This document shows positions 1 through 10,577 of a stretch of 64,000 nucleotides of DNA, piece by piece. A program made the position numbers and the translations under genes. Every line of letters starts with the position of its first letter. The first letter of the stretch is position 1. The DNA is from an uncultured delta proteobacterium (GTDB lineage Bacteria; Desulfobacterota; Binatia; UBA9968): assembly GCA_963760795.1 (NCBI GenBank), contig CAVXEP010000029.1:64001-128000 (forward strand). Reading direction: 5' to 3'. The notes under the pieces are model-generated. The model was not told the DNA's origin, ran no database searches, and saw nothing but the letters and a program-made list of their open reading frames with translations.

Positions 1-387
1 ACCGGCGAGAAAGTGAAAAAGCCGCTGTATAACGGCACGATCTTTCACCGCGTCATCCCCGGCTTCATGATTCAAGGCGGCGATCCCTTGGGCAACGGCA
101 CCGGCGGGCCGGGTTTTCGCTTCGAGGATGAATTCCATCCCGACTTGCGCCACACCAAAGGCGGCGTCCTATCGATGGCCAACGCCGGGCCGAATACCAA
201 CGGCAGCCAATTCTTCATCACGCTTGCGCCGACCCTGCACTTGGACAACCGCCACAGCGTATTTGGTGAAGTCATAAAGGGCCAGGAAGTCGTCGTTGCC
301 ATCGGCGGCACGCCGCGCGACGGACGCGACCGGCCGAGCAAAGATGTCGTAATCAAAGAAGTGGTGATTTCGCGCGGCAGCTTTTGA
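1..387 (+). CDS. Cyclophilin-type peptidyl-prolyl cis-trans isomerase (5' end outside window)
   Basis: [40 protein letters not shown] motifs. Confidence 0.95.
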   Translation, partial: TGEKVKKPLYNGTIFHRVIPGFMIQGGDPLGNGTGGPGFRFEDEFHPDLRHTKGGVLSMANAGPNTNGSQFFITLAPTLHLDNRHSVFGEVIKGQEVVVAIGGTPRDGRDRPSKDVVIKEVVISRGSF

Positions 388-419
388 GTCTTCAGCGTTG
401 CCGCTCCAAGGAGAAAGCG

Positions 420-1391
420 ATGATACTCCGCCGCGCCGCGATGTTGGTTCTATTGATAACGTCGGTCCTGGCTAGGATCGGCTTCGCCGCTGAATCATCT
501 CTGCTCCAAGCCACCGCTGTCTATGGCGTCATCGCCACCGATCCGATTTATCTTTGGATCGCTCAGGAGAGAGGCTTCTTCAAAAAGAACGGTCTCAACA
601 TCGACCTCACCCATATTCCGACCACCCAGGCGGTGCAGGCTTTGGTCAGCGGCAAGATTCACTTCACCACCGCCGGTCCGCAAATCATCGAAGCCAATCT
701 CGCCGGCGCCGACACGGTTTACATTTTGAGTCCGGTCAATACTTTCGTCTTTTCACTTTATAGCAAGCCGGAAATTACCAACATGAAAGGTCTCGCCGGC
801 AAGACCATCGGCGCGACCAATAAGGGAACGCCCACCGACATCGCCGGACACATGGTTGTCGCGCAGAGCGGCCTCAAGCCGGATATCGATGTCAAATTCG
901 TTTATCTGAAGGAACTCCCCGCCCTGGTCGCCGCGTTGCAGCAAGGCATCATCGATTCCGCGATTCTCTCAGCACCGAGCACGCTCACCGCGCGCAACTT
1001 CGGCTTCAGAGAGCTGCTCAATATCACCGCGTTGAAAATTCCTTTCGTGCAGCACTCGATCGGCACGACGCGCTCGTTCATCAACGCCAACCAAGAGCTG
1101 GTGCGGCGCTTTGTCCGCAGCGCGGCTGAAGGCATCGACTACGCGCGCAAGAACCGCGCCGACGCCATTGCGATCATGTCCAAATACACCAAGATCACCG
1201 ACGCCGCACAGCTGCAAGAATCGCTCTCAACCAATGAGCCGGGGTGGGAGCGCATTCCGACACCGAACCAAGCGGCCATTGAAGCCGTGTTGGCGGCGTC
1301 GCCAAACCCAAAAGCAAAAGAAGCCAAATGGGATCAGTTCATCGACGACCGGTTTGTCAAAGAATTAGTCGCCGCGGGGGTGTTTAGGTAG
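420..1391 (+). CDS. NitT/TauT (SsuA/THI5-like) ABC substrate-binding protein
   Basis: Signal peptide; WIAQERGFFKKNGL, LAGKTIG, LVRRFVR motifs; ATG at 420 after GGAG. Confidence 0.85.
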   Translation: MILRRAAMLVLLITSVLARIGFAAESSLLQATAVYGVIATDPIYLWIAQERGFFKKNGLNIDLTHIPTTQAVQALVSGKIHFTTAGPQIIEANLAGADTVYILSPVNTFVFSLYSKPEITNMKGLAGKTIGATNKGTPTDIAGHMVVAQSGLKPDIDVKFVYLKELPALVAALQQGIIDSAILSAPSTLTARNFGFRELLNITALKIPFVQHSIGTTRSFINANQELVRRFVRSAAEGIDYARKNRADAIAIMSKYTKITDAAQLQESLSTNEPGWERIPTPNQAAIEAVLAASPNPKAKEAKWDQFIDDRFVKELVAAGVFR

Positions 1392-1412
1392 GGGCAGACC
1401 TACGTGTCTGCC
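1388..1412. repeat. GTAG-type REP-like palindrome between convergent genes
   Basis: GTAG-GGGCAGAC-ctacgt-GTCTGCC hairpin. Confidence 0.5.
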
Positions 1413-1438
1413 GTTAATTTCGTTCACCACCAGACTCG

Positions 1439-2512
1439 TCATTGCAAATCATACGGCACGCCGACCTGCTCGCTCACTTCTCTCAATCCCTTGAGCACCG
1501 AACCGTGCAGCGGAATACCGCGTTCCGATCTTTCCTCGGCGGTTTCAAATTCAATTTCCCCGGCCACGTAAACTCGGCTCTCGCCTTCGACCGGCGGCGT
1601 CGATTTCAATTCGCGGATCAGCCGGTCCATGTCGGCTGTGAATTCCGCCGCTGGGCGAAATGCTGCTGGGTTAATCGCGCCAAAAAAATGGCCGCGCGGT
1701 TCTTGGTTGGCATTCAAAGCCGTGACCGTGCCGGTGAGCACGCCACAGAGAATTTCCACGAGAATTCCTAAACCGTAGCCTTTGTGGCTACCGCTCTCGC
1801 GCGAGCCGCCGAGCGGCAGCAAACGACGCGCTTGCTGCGCCACTTTGGGATCCGTCGTCGGTTCGGCTTTTTCGTTCAATGCCCAGCCCGTCGGAACCGG
1901 CTTGCCCAGGCGAATCGCTAATTCCAATTTGCCGGCCGCCGCGGTGGTGGTCGCCATATCGAGGACGAAAGGTTTTTCGTCTTTTGCCGGCACGGCGAAG
2001 CTGATCGGATTGGTGCCGAAGCGCGCTTCGCGGCCGAAGGTCGGTACCACTTGCCGGCTCGCGTTGGTCATGGCGATGCCGATCATGTCATGAGGCAACG
2101 CGAGCATGGAATAATAGGCCGACATGCCGTAGTGCCGGCTATTACGAACCGTGACGATGCCGACACCCGACTCTTTGGCCTTCTTGATCGCCAGCTCCAT
2201 CGCCCGGTGGCCGGCGACGAAGCCCATGCCGTTGTCGGCATCGAGCAGGGCAGTGGAAGCGGTCTCGGTAACGACGCGGATATTCGGCTTCGCCGTCATC
2301 GCGCCGTCGCGCAGCCACTTCACATACCAAGCGTGCGGGTTGAAGCGAATCACGCCATGAGTATCGACGCCGCGCAAATCGGACGCCACCAGGACATTGG
2401 CGGCGATCTCGGCGTCCGCCGGCGGCACACCAAGTTTTTCAAATGAACGACTGACGAAGCGAATCAGTTTCTCATGATTGATACGGGTCATACCGGTTGC
2501 ATCAGTGGCCAT
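1439..2512 (-). CDS. Ldh_2 family (type-2 malate/L-lactate dehydrogenase-like) oxidoreductase
   Basis: DLRGVDTHG, RNSRHYG, FGTNPISFA, LDMATT, HKGYGL motifs. Confidence 0.92.
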   Translation of the reverse strand: MATDATGMTRINHEKLIRFVSRSFEKLGVPPADAEIAANVLVASDLRGVDTHGVIRFNPHAWYVKWLRDGAMTAKPNIRVVTETASTALLDADNGMGFVAGHRAMELAIKKAKESGVGIVTVRNSRHYGMSAYYSMLALPHDMIGIAMTNASRQVVPTFGREARFGTNPISFAVPAKDEKPFVLDMATTTAAAGKLELAIRLGKPVPTGWALNEKAEPTTDPKVAQQARRLLPLGGSRESGSHKGYGLGILVEILCGVLTGTVTALNANQEPRGHFFGAINPAAFRPAAEFTADMDRLIRELKSTPPVEGESRVYVAGEIEFETAEERSERGIPLHGSVLKGLREVSEQVGVPYDLQ

Positions 2513-2660
2513 GAAATCCTCCCAGAGATTACTTGCGCACACCTATCTTTGATCTTGTTCCTCTGTCAACCCTGCTTGACGCTCCAGCCGTGTTTCCCTA
2601 TGTTACGCACAGCCGAAGGATCTCGACTGGATCACTCTCAGCCATCCCAGGAGATTTCTC

Positions 2661-3695
2661 ATGATGAAATTGTTCGATTCGCCATCGCGACTGATTCTCG
2701 CCGCTGTCTGCTTCGTTCGAATCGCCGTCATAGGCGTCGCAGATATCGGCGCGGCGGAACTACCGTTGGTGCGCATCGCCCACGGCGCGTTCAGCGAAAA
2801 AGTCGTCGCACTATGGCTGGGCGCTGAACAAGGGTTATTTCGCAAGCATGGCGTTAATGTCGAAGTCATCAACATCCGCAGCGGCCCGCAGACCATGGCG
2901 GCGCTGGTTTCCGGCGACATCCAGGTCGCTTACACGATTCCAGGATCGGTCGTCAGCGCGGCCACCAGCGGTTTAGACGTCGCGTTCTTCGCCGGCATCG
3001 TCAACAAAGCCGACGGCGATTTCATTGCCGGCACGAGCATTCGCAGCGCCGAGGATTTAAAAGGCAAACGGATCGGTGTGCAGAGCATCGGCGGCGGGGT
3101 CTGGTCGATGGCGATGCTCGCCATCGAGCATCTCGGTTTGGAACCGAATCGAGATAAGATGACGATCATGGTTATCGGCGACTCGCCGGTGTTGGCGCAG
3201 TCGCTGGAATCCGGCGGCATCGAGGCGACCTATCTCAATTACACCCATAGCCGGGCACTGAAAGAGAAAGGGCTGCCGGTTCTGCTCGACCTGGGCAAGG
3301 CGCCGATACCCTATCAAGGACTCGCCGCGGCGACCCGGCGCGGCTATCTCAAGCAAAATCCCCAGCTCGTCGATGCGCTCATGCGCGGCTTTGTCGAAAC
3401 CGTGGCATTTATTCACCGGCCGGGAAACAAGGAAATCGTCATCAAATCGCTGGTCAAAAATCTCCGCTTGAAAAGCGCCCAGGACGCCGAGATCGGCTAT
3501 GGGGCGCTGCAATGGTTGTACAACCTAGACATCAAACCAACCATCCCCGGGATTCAAAACATGGCGCGCTTCCTCGCCCTGTCCAATCCCAAAGTAAAAT
3601 CTGTGAAAAGCGAAGACGTGGTCGACGACGCACCCTGGCAACGTTTGGAAAAAAGCCCGTTCTACCGGGAAGTGCTGGCCGCTGCTAAAAAGTAG
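2661..3695 (+). CDS. NitT/TauT ABC substrate-binding protein
   Basis: GLFRKHGVNVE, DLKGKRIGV, periplasmic-binding fold pattern. Confidence 0.85.
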   Translation: MMKLFDSPSRLILAAVCFVRIAVIGVADIGAAELPLVRIAHGAFSEKVVALWLGAEQGLFRKHGVNVEVINIRSGPQTMAALVSGDIQVAYTIPGSVVSAATSGLDVAFFAGIVNKADGDFIAGTSIRSAEDLKGKRIGVQSIGGGVWSMAMLAIEHLGLEPNRDKMTIMVIGDSPVLAQSLESGGIEATYLNYTHSRALKEKGLPVLLDLGKAPIPYQGLAAATRRGYLKQNPQLVDALMRGFVETVAFIHRPGNKEIVIKSLVKNLRLKSAQDAEIGYGALQWLYNLDIKPTIPGIQNMARFLALSNPKVKSVKSEDVVDDAPWQRLEKSPFYREVLAAAKK

Positions 3696-3740
3696 AGCGT
3701 TGTCGTAGCCGACCTACATTCAGAACTAACTATTGTGAGT

Positions 3741-4743
3741 TTATCTGATTCCCAGATACTCGTTGTAAACCTTCATGTACTTGTCATAGCCGCCCTCAGC
3801 GCGGATGACATGTGCGGTGCCGCTTTCCATGAGCTGATCGATTTCCTTGGACTGGCTTCTGACCCCTTTTCTGAGCGGAATTTTTCCGGCCGTTGCCAAT
3901 GCGCGTTGCCCTTCAGCGGAGAGATAGAAATCAATGAGGATTTGCGCCGCCGCAGGATGTAGGGGATTTTTCACCATGGCTATCGTGGAAATAGTCGCCA
4001 GCGTCTGCGTCGCGGGTAGCCAATCCACCGGCGCCTCTTTGCGTTTCATCGCTTCGAGTTTGGAGACCTGCATGAAACCGGTGAGCGGGTATTCGCCCGC
4101 GGCCATCATGTTGATCGTGTGGCTATAGCCTTCGACTAACCTTAAGTCTTGCTGGCTGAGTTTTTTGAAATAAGCCGTGCCCTGCTCGTCACCGCGCAGC
4201 GATACCATACCGGTCAGTGGGTAGGGCACACCGCGGTTAACGGCGATTTGACTCTTGTACTGCGGCCGCAAGTAATCGTCATAATTTTTCGGCACCGCGG
4301 ACTTCGCAAGTAGCCGGGGATTGAAGCCGGTGACGAGCAAATCGGTGGTTATGCCGGACCAGAATCCGTCATTATCCCACGCGCCTGACAGCAGATTCTT
4401 GGTTTCCGCCGAGCGATACTGGCCCAGCACGCCTTGCTGCTTAAGATAAAGCAGCGGCTCGGGGCTATTGCCCAAAACATCGCCCTGGACGCGGCCGGCG
4501 CGAAACTCTTGCATCACCCGCGCCGTTTGCCGCGATGAACTGAGATAAACATGACGGAGATTGAGGCCGGGATACTTTTCTTTAAAAGCTTTGCTGAAAT
4601 GCTCGAAGTCGCCCAACGGTCATCGTCGTGTAGAGAATGACCTCGCCGCCTTCCTTCTTCGCCTGATTCACCAGCTCGGCCGACTGCGCCCAAGCGCTGG
4701 TCGGCAAGAAAATAGCCAGCAATAATAGAATTTTCGCTGTCAT
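3741..4743 (-). CDS. Extracellular solute-binding protein (Fe3+/thiamine-type cluster), 1-nt frameshift near 4614
   Basis: Upstream frame gives signal peptide MTAKILLLLAIFLPTSAWAQ...AKKEGGEVILYTTMT; downstream frame has HPAAAQILIDFYLSAEGQ. Confidence 0.8.
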
Positions 4744-4763
4744 CACGCCGCTCTCCTTCAGCG

Positions 4764-5756
4764 CTAACGCTTATTCACCTGTTCGATAAAACCCGACGCC
4801 GAGATCTTCTGGACGATGGAATTGTCGAAAAACTCCTGCGGCTTCATGGACTTTGCTTTGGGGCTCTTCGATACATCGAGCACGGCCTGCACTTCCGCCG
4901 CCGTCATCAGCGGCGTGACTGGGAACACATCGCGGTACTCATCATAAACCGACTCCAGCACTTCGCGGTCGGTGGATTTAAGAAAGCGCCCCATGGCTTT
5001 CACCGCGGCTTCTTTATCCCGCCGAATAAGCGCCATGGATTCGATATACGCGCGCAAGAAACGCGTTAACGCTTCGTTCTTTTCGCGCATGACTTTAGGC
5101 GACGACAACATGCCGGTAAAAAGGAAGGGTATCTTGAGGTCGGCGACATCGACCAGCATCTTGAGTCCAGCCGCCTTGGCCTTCAACGACATCGGCGCAC
5201 CCAAGATGCCCGCGGCGGCGTTGCCGACATTCACCGAATTAAAAACGTTGGTCGTGTCCTGGGCGTAGAGGATGCGCACGTCCTTGTCCGGCTCCAGGCC
5301 GTTTTTCCGCAGAAGGATGCGCGAGGCATAGTCAGTAGATGCAGCAGGCTGCGTAGCCGCAAATACTTTGCCCTTTAGGTCCGCGATCGTCTTAATCTCC
5401 GGCCGGGCGTACACTTGAAAAACGAACGTCGGCAAACCGCTGGCGATATAAGTCAAGTCAGCACCTTCGATCTTCGCGTCGATCCCCTGATTGCCGACAA
5501 AGCCCACTTCCTCGCCGCCGCCGACCATCGCTTGTACGGCGGAAGTCGCCGCTAAGTATTTCACGTCGACGTTGACGCCATGCTTGGTGAACAGTCCGGC
5601 GTCCGCCGCCACCCAGATCGGCGCCATGACGCCGCTGATGGCGTTGTAGACCGCGCGCAGCGAATGTTCCTGGGCACCCAGCGGACTCAGCCAAAACAAA
5701 AATGACAAGGCAATGATCGCCGGTAAATACCGGTGCTGCTTCCCGACCCGAGCCAT
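4764..5756 (-). CDS. NitT/TauT ABC substrate-binding protein
   Basis: PIWVAADAGLFTKHGV, IADLKGK, RFLRAYIE motifs. Confidence 0.85.
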   Translation of the reverse strand: MARVGKQHRYLPAIIALSFLFWLSPLGAQEHSLRAVYNAISGVMAPIWVAADAGLFTKHGVNVDVKYLAATSAVQAMVGGGEEVGFVGNQGIDAKIEGADLTYIASGLPTFVFQVYARPEIKTIADLKGKVFAATQPAASTDYASRILLRKNGLEPDKDVRILYAQDTTNVFNSVNVGNAAAGILGAPMSLKAKAAGLKMLVDVADLKIPFLFTGMLSSPKVMREKNEALTRFLRAYIESMALIRRDKEAAVKAMGRFLKSTDREVLESVYDEYRDVFPVTPLMTAAEVQAVLDVSKSPKAKSMKPQEFFDNSIVQKISASGFIEQVNKR

Positions 5757-5834
5757 AACCACGCTCCCTGGGTTTAGTCCCGCCAACTTACCAATGCTAG
5801 GGAGGAATTTCTACTTTAAACTTGCCGTACGATC

Positions 5835-7676
5835 CTAGTTTAGCCAGTCCAGCAGCGCGCTTTCGATATAGAGAATGACCGTTATCACCACCATCATTTC
5901 CAGGATCACTGGCGTAATCTCCTTGATCCACTGCACCGGCGTATAGCGGTCGTCGATATCGCGCTGAATAAACGCGAAAGCGACCACCGATTGCGCCGAC
6001 CCGATATGCGTCCAACAGCCGCCCAAGGCGTATCCCGCAATCTGTGCCATGGCGAATAGATGCAAAATTGAAATATCCAAATTTTGCAGCGTTCGCGAGG
6101 CAAAGTCGGCGACGACGTTGTTGTCCAAGATCGCCGAAAGAAAGGTGCAACCCAAAAATTTGGCAAAAGCGACATGCGCAATTCCGAGTGTTTGGATCCC
6201 TAGTTGGACTAAACTTTGCAGCTGATCGAAGAAACCCGCCTTGGTTAACAAAGTAATCGACACAAAGAGCGGAAACAGGAAATAATATTCGGCGAATTCA
6301 TGCTTCGCGTCGCGCAGCGCCAAGTTGCGCATTTTGGCTAACTTGATAATTCCCAGCAGCGCCACACCGAACCCTGCAAAGGAAGCCAAAAACAGCGGCA
6401 CGGTATGATCGATGCCATGCCAGATGAGCATGCCGATAAACGGGACCAGCGCCAAAGCGCCAAACTTCTGTGCCACTTGGCGTTGGCGCCCAGTGGAGGC
6501 AAGCTCGTCGTCGACGGCTCTTTCGGCTTCGAGCGCGCCATGATGGTCGCCGGCGGCGTCGAGCACATAGTGGCGATCCAATGTTTCGGCTAACTCGTCG
6601 CTGACAAAATGACCGAGCAGTTTCTTGCGCAGCGCATCAGGAACGCCCGCGTGGAGCAGCGCGATGCCCAGAGACTCACCCTCGCGTAAGCGCTCCCGCA
6701 CGACATCCGCATTGTCCCCCAGCTCGTTCTCGTAATCTTCGACAAGTTCGAGGGAAGTAGCCACTTTGCCGTGGCGCATGGCTTGGAGAAAGCGCACGTC
6801 TTCGGCGTTTGCATCGATGACATCCATCTTGTCCAGTTCGATCTGCTCGCCGCGCAGTCTCTTGCTAAAATTCCAGGCAATCACCAGATAACAGGCGACC
6901 GCCGCCGGGGCGCAGTAGCGCAGAAAAAAAGCGTTATCGATGTGCGGGTAGAGATTGGCCTTCATGATCAGATTGGGCGGCTCGCCGTAGGCCAGCCAAA
7001 TACCGCAAACCGTCGTCACCGTGGTGCAGACCATGACCGAATAGCGCACCTCCGCTATCGGCGCGGCGGCGAGCAGCATGATGATGACCAGGGTGCGAAT
7101 GGTCAGACCGATCATCGACACGCCGTCGAGAATGCCCGAGGCGAACGCCACCACCGCGGTCACCGCGATCACGGTCGGCAGCACCGCACCGCGAAACTTG
7201 CGCAGCAAATAAAATGTTAGACCTTCAAGCAAGCGGGTCTGCGCAATGACCGAGACGAAGAACGTCAAGCCGAGAATAAATAACATGGTATCGGCATGGA
7301 TGAGACCGTCTAAGCCGTGGAACGATAGTAAATTCTGCGCGATCCAGGCCCACCAACCATTCGAGCTGATATCGATATGCCAGACTGAACTGCTCAAGCC
7401 GCAAAACGTCGCGACGATGATCAGCAGCATGCCGTAGGTCAGCGCATTCTTGTGAATCTGATATTTGAACGAACCGAAGAAAAACAAACCGAGGATCGTC
7501 GCGAAGACTTCCGCGGCTAACAGCGAGGTCGGCAGTGCAGAGGTCCGGCCGATCCATAATAGGATCCCCGCAACCACGGCACAAACCAACAAGAACATAC
7601 CGCCCGGGAGCATGACGACAGCCGGTGTATGGACTGCTTGGGCAGAGCTGCCCGCCGGAGGTTTCACTTGACTCAT
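5835..7676 (-). CDS. Ion-transporter superfamily (NhaB/NhaD/ArsB-like) permease with central soluble insert
   Basis: Many TM helices; [29 protein letters not shown] motifs. Confidence 0.7.
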   Translation of the reverse strand: MSQVKPPAGSSAQAVHTPAVVMLPGGMFLLVCAVVAGILLWIGRTSALPTSLLAAEVFATILGLFFFGSFKYQIHKNALTYGMLLIIVATFCGLSSSVWHIDISSNGWWAWIAQNLLSFHGLDGLIHADTMLFILGLTFFVSVIAQTRLLEGLTFYLLRKFRGAVLPTVIAVTAVVAFASGILDGVSMIGLTIRTLVIIMLLAAAPIAEVRYSVMVCTTVTTVCGIWLAYGEPPNLIMKANLYPHIDNAFFLRYCAPAAVACYLVIAWNFSKRLRGEQIELDKMDVIDANAEDVRFLQAMRHGKVATSLELVEDYENELGDNADVVRERLREGESLGIALLHAGVPDALRKKLLGHFVSDELAETLDRHYVLDAAGDHHGALEAERAVDDELASTGRQRQVAQKFGALALVPFIGMLIWHGIDHTVPLFLASFAGFGVALLGIIKLAKMRNLALRDAKHEFAEYYFLFPLFVSITLLTKAGFFDQLQSLVQLGIQTLGIAHVAFAKFLGCTFLSAILDNNVVADFASRTLQNLDISILHLFAMAQIAGYALGGCWTHIGSAQSVVAFAFIQRDIDDRYTPVQWIKEITPVILEMMVVITVILYIESALLDWLN

Positions 7677-7751
7677 AATGCGATATTTCGAATCGAAAGC
7701 GACGGCTGATGAAGGCACCCGCGGCGATTTCGCCGCCGGTGCCTTCAGTTC

Positions 7752-8298
7752 TCACGAACCCTGCGACTTGAGCAGCTCTTTGAACTGCTTGTGCAGCTTG
7801 GTCAATTTCGGCGGGATCATGTACTGGCAATAGCCCTGCGACGGATTGTTGGCGTAAAATTTCTGGTGATAGTCCTCGGCGGGATAGAATTCGGTGAGCG
7901 GCTCCAAGGTTGTCACGATGGAGTTCTTGAACGTCTTGGCCTCGTCCAGCTCTTTGATAAACGCCGCAGCTTCGTTCTTTCTGTTTATCATCGGCGTAGA
8001 AAATCGCCGAGCGATATTGTGTGCCAACATCGTTGCCCTGGCGGTTCAACGTCGTCGGATCATGGGTGGCGAAGAACACCGTCATCAAATCGCGAAAAGA
8101 AACCTGCGCCGGATCGAACTCGATCTTGATCACCTCGGCGTGCCCGGTGTTACCCATGCACACCTGCTCATAAGTGGGGTTCTTATTCTTGCCGCCGGCG
8201 TAGCCCGAGATTACGGACATAACGCCGCGCAGCTCATCGAACACCGCTTCGGTGCACCAGAAACAGCCGCCGCCAAATACCGCTACTTGATTACTCAT
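7752..8298 (-). CDS. msrA: Peptide-methionine (S)-S-oxide reductase, frameshift near 7980
   Basis: [31 protein letters not shown] in one frame; [12 protein letters not shown]...YC in the next. Confidence 0.92.
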
Positions 8299-8399
8299 TT
8301 GCCCCCCAGTTCTTGGTTAACTTCGCGTTGCAAGGTGAAAGTCGAAGATCTATCGCCGGGAATTCGCATTAGTCGTAAACGCCCCACGCGATAGCCGGT

Positions 8400-8588
8400 A
8401 GGTTTCCAGCGTCGGATCGATGCCTTCGCGAAAGAAATCCGCGCTCTTGGGCAACGAACAAATCGATCGACGCGATGCTGCGGCTTGAATAGGTGACCAC
8501 CACGCTTTTGCGGCGGCGTCTGTGCCCAGGTATTGCCCGGCGACAACAAAGCCATGAGCACAATCAATGGACGGGCAAATTTCACCAT
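8400..8588 (-). pseudogene. N-terminal remnant of a NitT/TauT substrate-binding protein
   Basis: Signal peptide MVKFARPLIVLMALL..WAQ, then VVVTYSSRSIASIDLFVAQERGF across frameshifts; ends abruptly. Confidence 0.6.
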
Positions 8589-8668
8589 GCGGCGATATTC
8601 GCTTGCGGCTCGCCGAAGTTCAAGCTTTGCAGCACTGAGAGACTCTGCCAGCTGGAGAAGTTGCATGC

Positions 8669-9055
8669 TTAGAAGCGCTTATTAATCCATGCGCCGACGT
8701 AGTCGTAAAAATTTCTCACCGAGTTGCCATATTGCCCCGGCGTGGTTTCGCAAGCCACGCAGGGCGTCTGGCCATGCTCGGCGCCCTCGACGACGACGAA
8801 GTCTTTGTCTTTGGCACCGGAAAGTTCGTAATGAATCTCGTTGTCGCGGATGAAGTAGTGGCCGCCCATGGCGGTGACCAGCGTCGGCACCGTGATCGTC
8901 GGCAGGTGGCAGGGCGGTGAGTTGTTGCTCGAACAGTGATCGATGCCGTCCATGAGTCGCTACCACGCACGGCGTTGGCGCTCAAAAAAGATTTGACCGT
9001 CAAAACCGCGTGCCATTCTCAAACTGGCGTTCTGCCCGGCACTGTTGAGGCTGGC
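8669..9055 (-). pseudogene. C-terminal fragment of an alpha/beta-hydrolase-like protein
   Basis: TVKSFLSANAVR / ITVPTLVTAMGGH / VVEGAEHG across frames; no N-terminus or own start. Confidence 0.6.
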
Positions 9056-9633
9056 CAATCATGAACGTCGTGTCGACGATCTTGCGAAAGCCCAGTTGTT
9101 CTGCGACGTAAAAGGGCGCGCCGAACAGACTCGCCGCCGGAACCTTACGATCCACCAACAACGCCAACCGGTCCAGCAGCAAACCGCCAAAGTTGAGCTT
9201 GATCTCATCGCGTTTGAGGAACTCCTCTAAATACTGCAGCGTTGAATAATGGCTGCCGGAGTGGTACCCGACGGTTACCGGGACATTCGCGAGATCTTCG
9301 GGCTTTTGGATGAGCGAATCAGGCGCAACAAAGATGCCTGAGGGCGACACGGAGTAGCAGCTTCCCCACATCTGACCGTGTCCGGCGGACGCGGCCATGT
9401 TGACTGTCCAGTGACATGCCGCGCTCAAATCGCAACCGCGCCCGCTTTCAATCGATTCGAGGCGCCCTGCTGGATCTCCGGCGGCGCCGTCTCGACGACC
9501 TGAACATGAGCCGACCAGGTGGCAATCGGCTTAACCAGGAATTCGTAGTCCAATCCCTCATGCGAAAGTAGCCCTTTTCCACTGCCACCCACTCTTGTAA
9601 ACGACCGTGCGACTGAATGCGGAATTTTCCCAT
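9055..9633 (-). pseudogene. Truncated, frameshifted ABC substrate-binding-fold protein
   Basis: MGKFRIQSHGRLQEWVAVEKGYF; SGIFVAPDSLIQKPEDLANVPVTVGYHSGSHY; truncated after EQLGFRKIVDTTFMIG. Confidence 0.6.
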
Positions 9634-9670
9634 GGCCGGCCCCCTTGTGATTAACAGTTTGACGCCTGTC

Positions 9671-10540
9671 TCACATCAACCCGTCGTTGTAATTGCTCTT
9701 CGGCACAAAGTTAAAAAAGTGTCCCGATCCTTCGATGATGCGCTGCGTGTGGGGCGTACCTGCCGGGATGTTAACGCCTACCGGACTTTCTACCACGACT
9801 TTTTCATCCCGTACCTGAAACTCAATTTTTAAACCGGTCAACTCCGGCCCGGTGCCAATCGCGATATGCTGGGTGTCGCAATTATGCCTGTGCATGTCGA
9901 CGTAGTTCGCCTGCGACGGCTGAACATTCTCGACGCTGCGCACGACCGTGTAGAATTCCGCTTCCGGTTTCAACTTGCCGTCGACGAAAACATATCGAAT
10001 GCCCGGCGCCGCATCGGTGTGGTGCTTGATTTCCGTCGTCGGCCGCACGTCGGGAGAAAAAATATAACCGGCATATTTGGCAAAATCTCGCTCACCTTTG
10101 GCAAGATCGAACGGCTTGTCTTCATGGGTGTAACCGCGGTTGCGGAAGAGCACGGTCACGGTGCCCGCGCCTTTGGTGACCTTGTACTCATGCACCGTGC
10201 CGGTGGGAATATACACGCAAGCCGGCGCGATAATCTTGTGCACTTTGCCTTCGAAAATGATCTGCCCCTCAAAGCCGGTGAGATCGGGATTGTTGCCAAT
10301 GAAGTAATAAAACTCATCGGTGTTATGGCAATGCGGCACTTGATAGTCCGGCACAAACGACGGTAAATCCTTGGCCTCGTGAATCGCGACGTAGATGTCC
10401 GCGTCGGGATGCGAATCGCGATTGATAAACACATGCCGTTTCACCGGTAACGAAGCTAATTGGCGCAGCGGCCGCTTCTCTTCATGTTTGCCACCGAGCA
10501 CTCCCGGCCGCGCTTTTACTATGTAATTTTTGATATCCAT
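9671..10540 (-). CDS. Tandem (bi-)cupin-like putative metalloprotein
   Basis: Two internal repeats HCHNTDE...VYIPTGTVH and HRHNCDT...VNIPAGTPH. Confidence 0.7.
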   Translation of the reverse strand: MDIKNYIVKARPGVLGGKHEEKRPLRQLASLPVKRHVFINRDSHPDADIYVAIHEAKDLPSFVPDYQVPHCHNTDEFYYFIGNNPDLTGFEGQIIFEGKVHKIIAPACVYIPTGTVHEYKVTKGAGTVTVLFRNRGYTHEDKPFDLAKGERDFAKYAGYIFSPDVRPTTEIKHHTDAAPGIRYVFVDGKLKPEAEFYTVVRSVENVQPSQANYVDMHRHNCDTQHIAIGTGPELTGLKIEFQVRDEKVVVESPVGVNIPAGTPHTQRIIEGSGHFFNFVPKSNYNDGLM

Positions 10541-10577
10541 TTGCCCTTCTCTCGATTGACGGTTGCTTTATGCCTGC

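Noticed and set aside
7225-8298. 357-aa ORF looking like an extended MsrA fusion
   Set aside because: A frameshift near 7980 runs MsrA into an off-frame overlap of the transporter; the true C-terminus is in the 7752-8030 frame.
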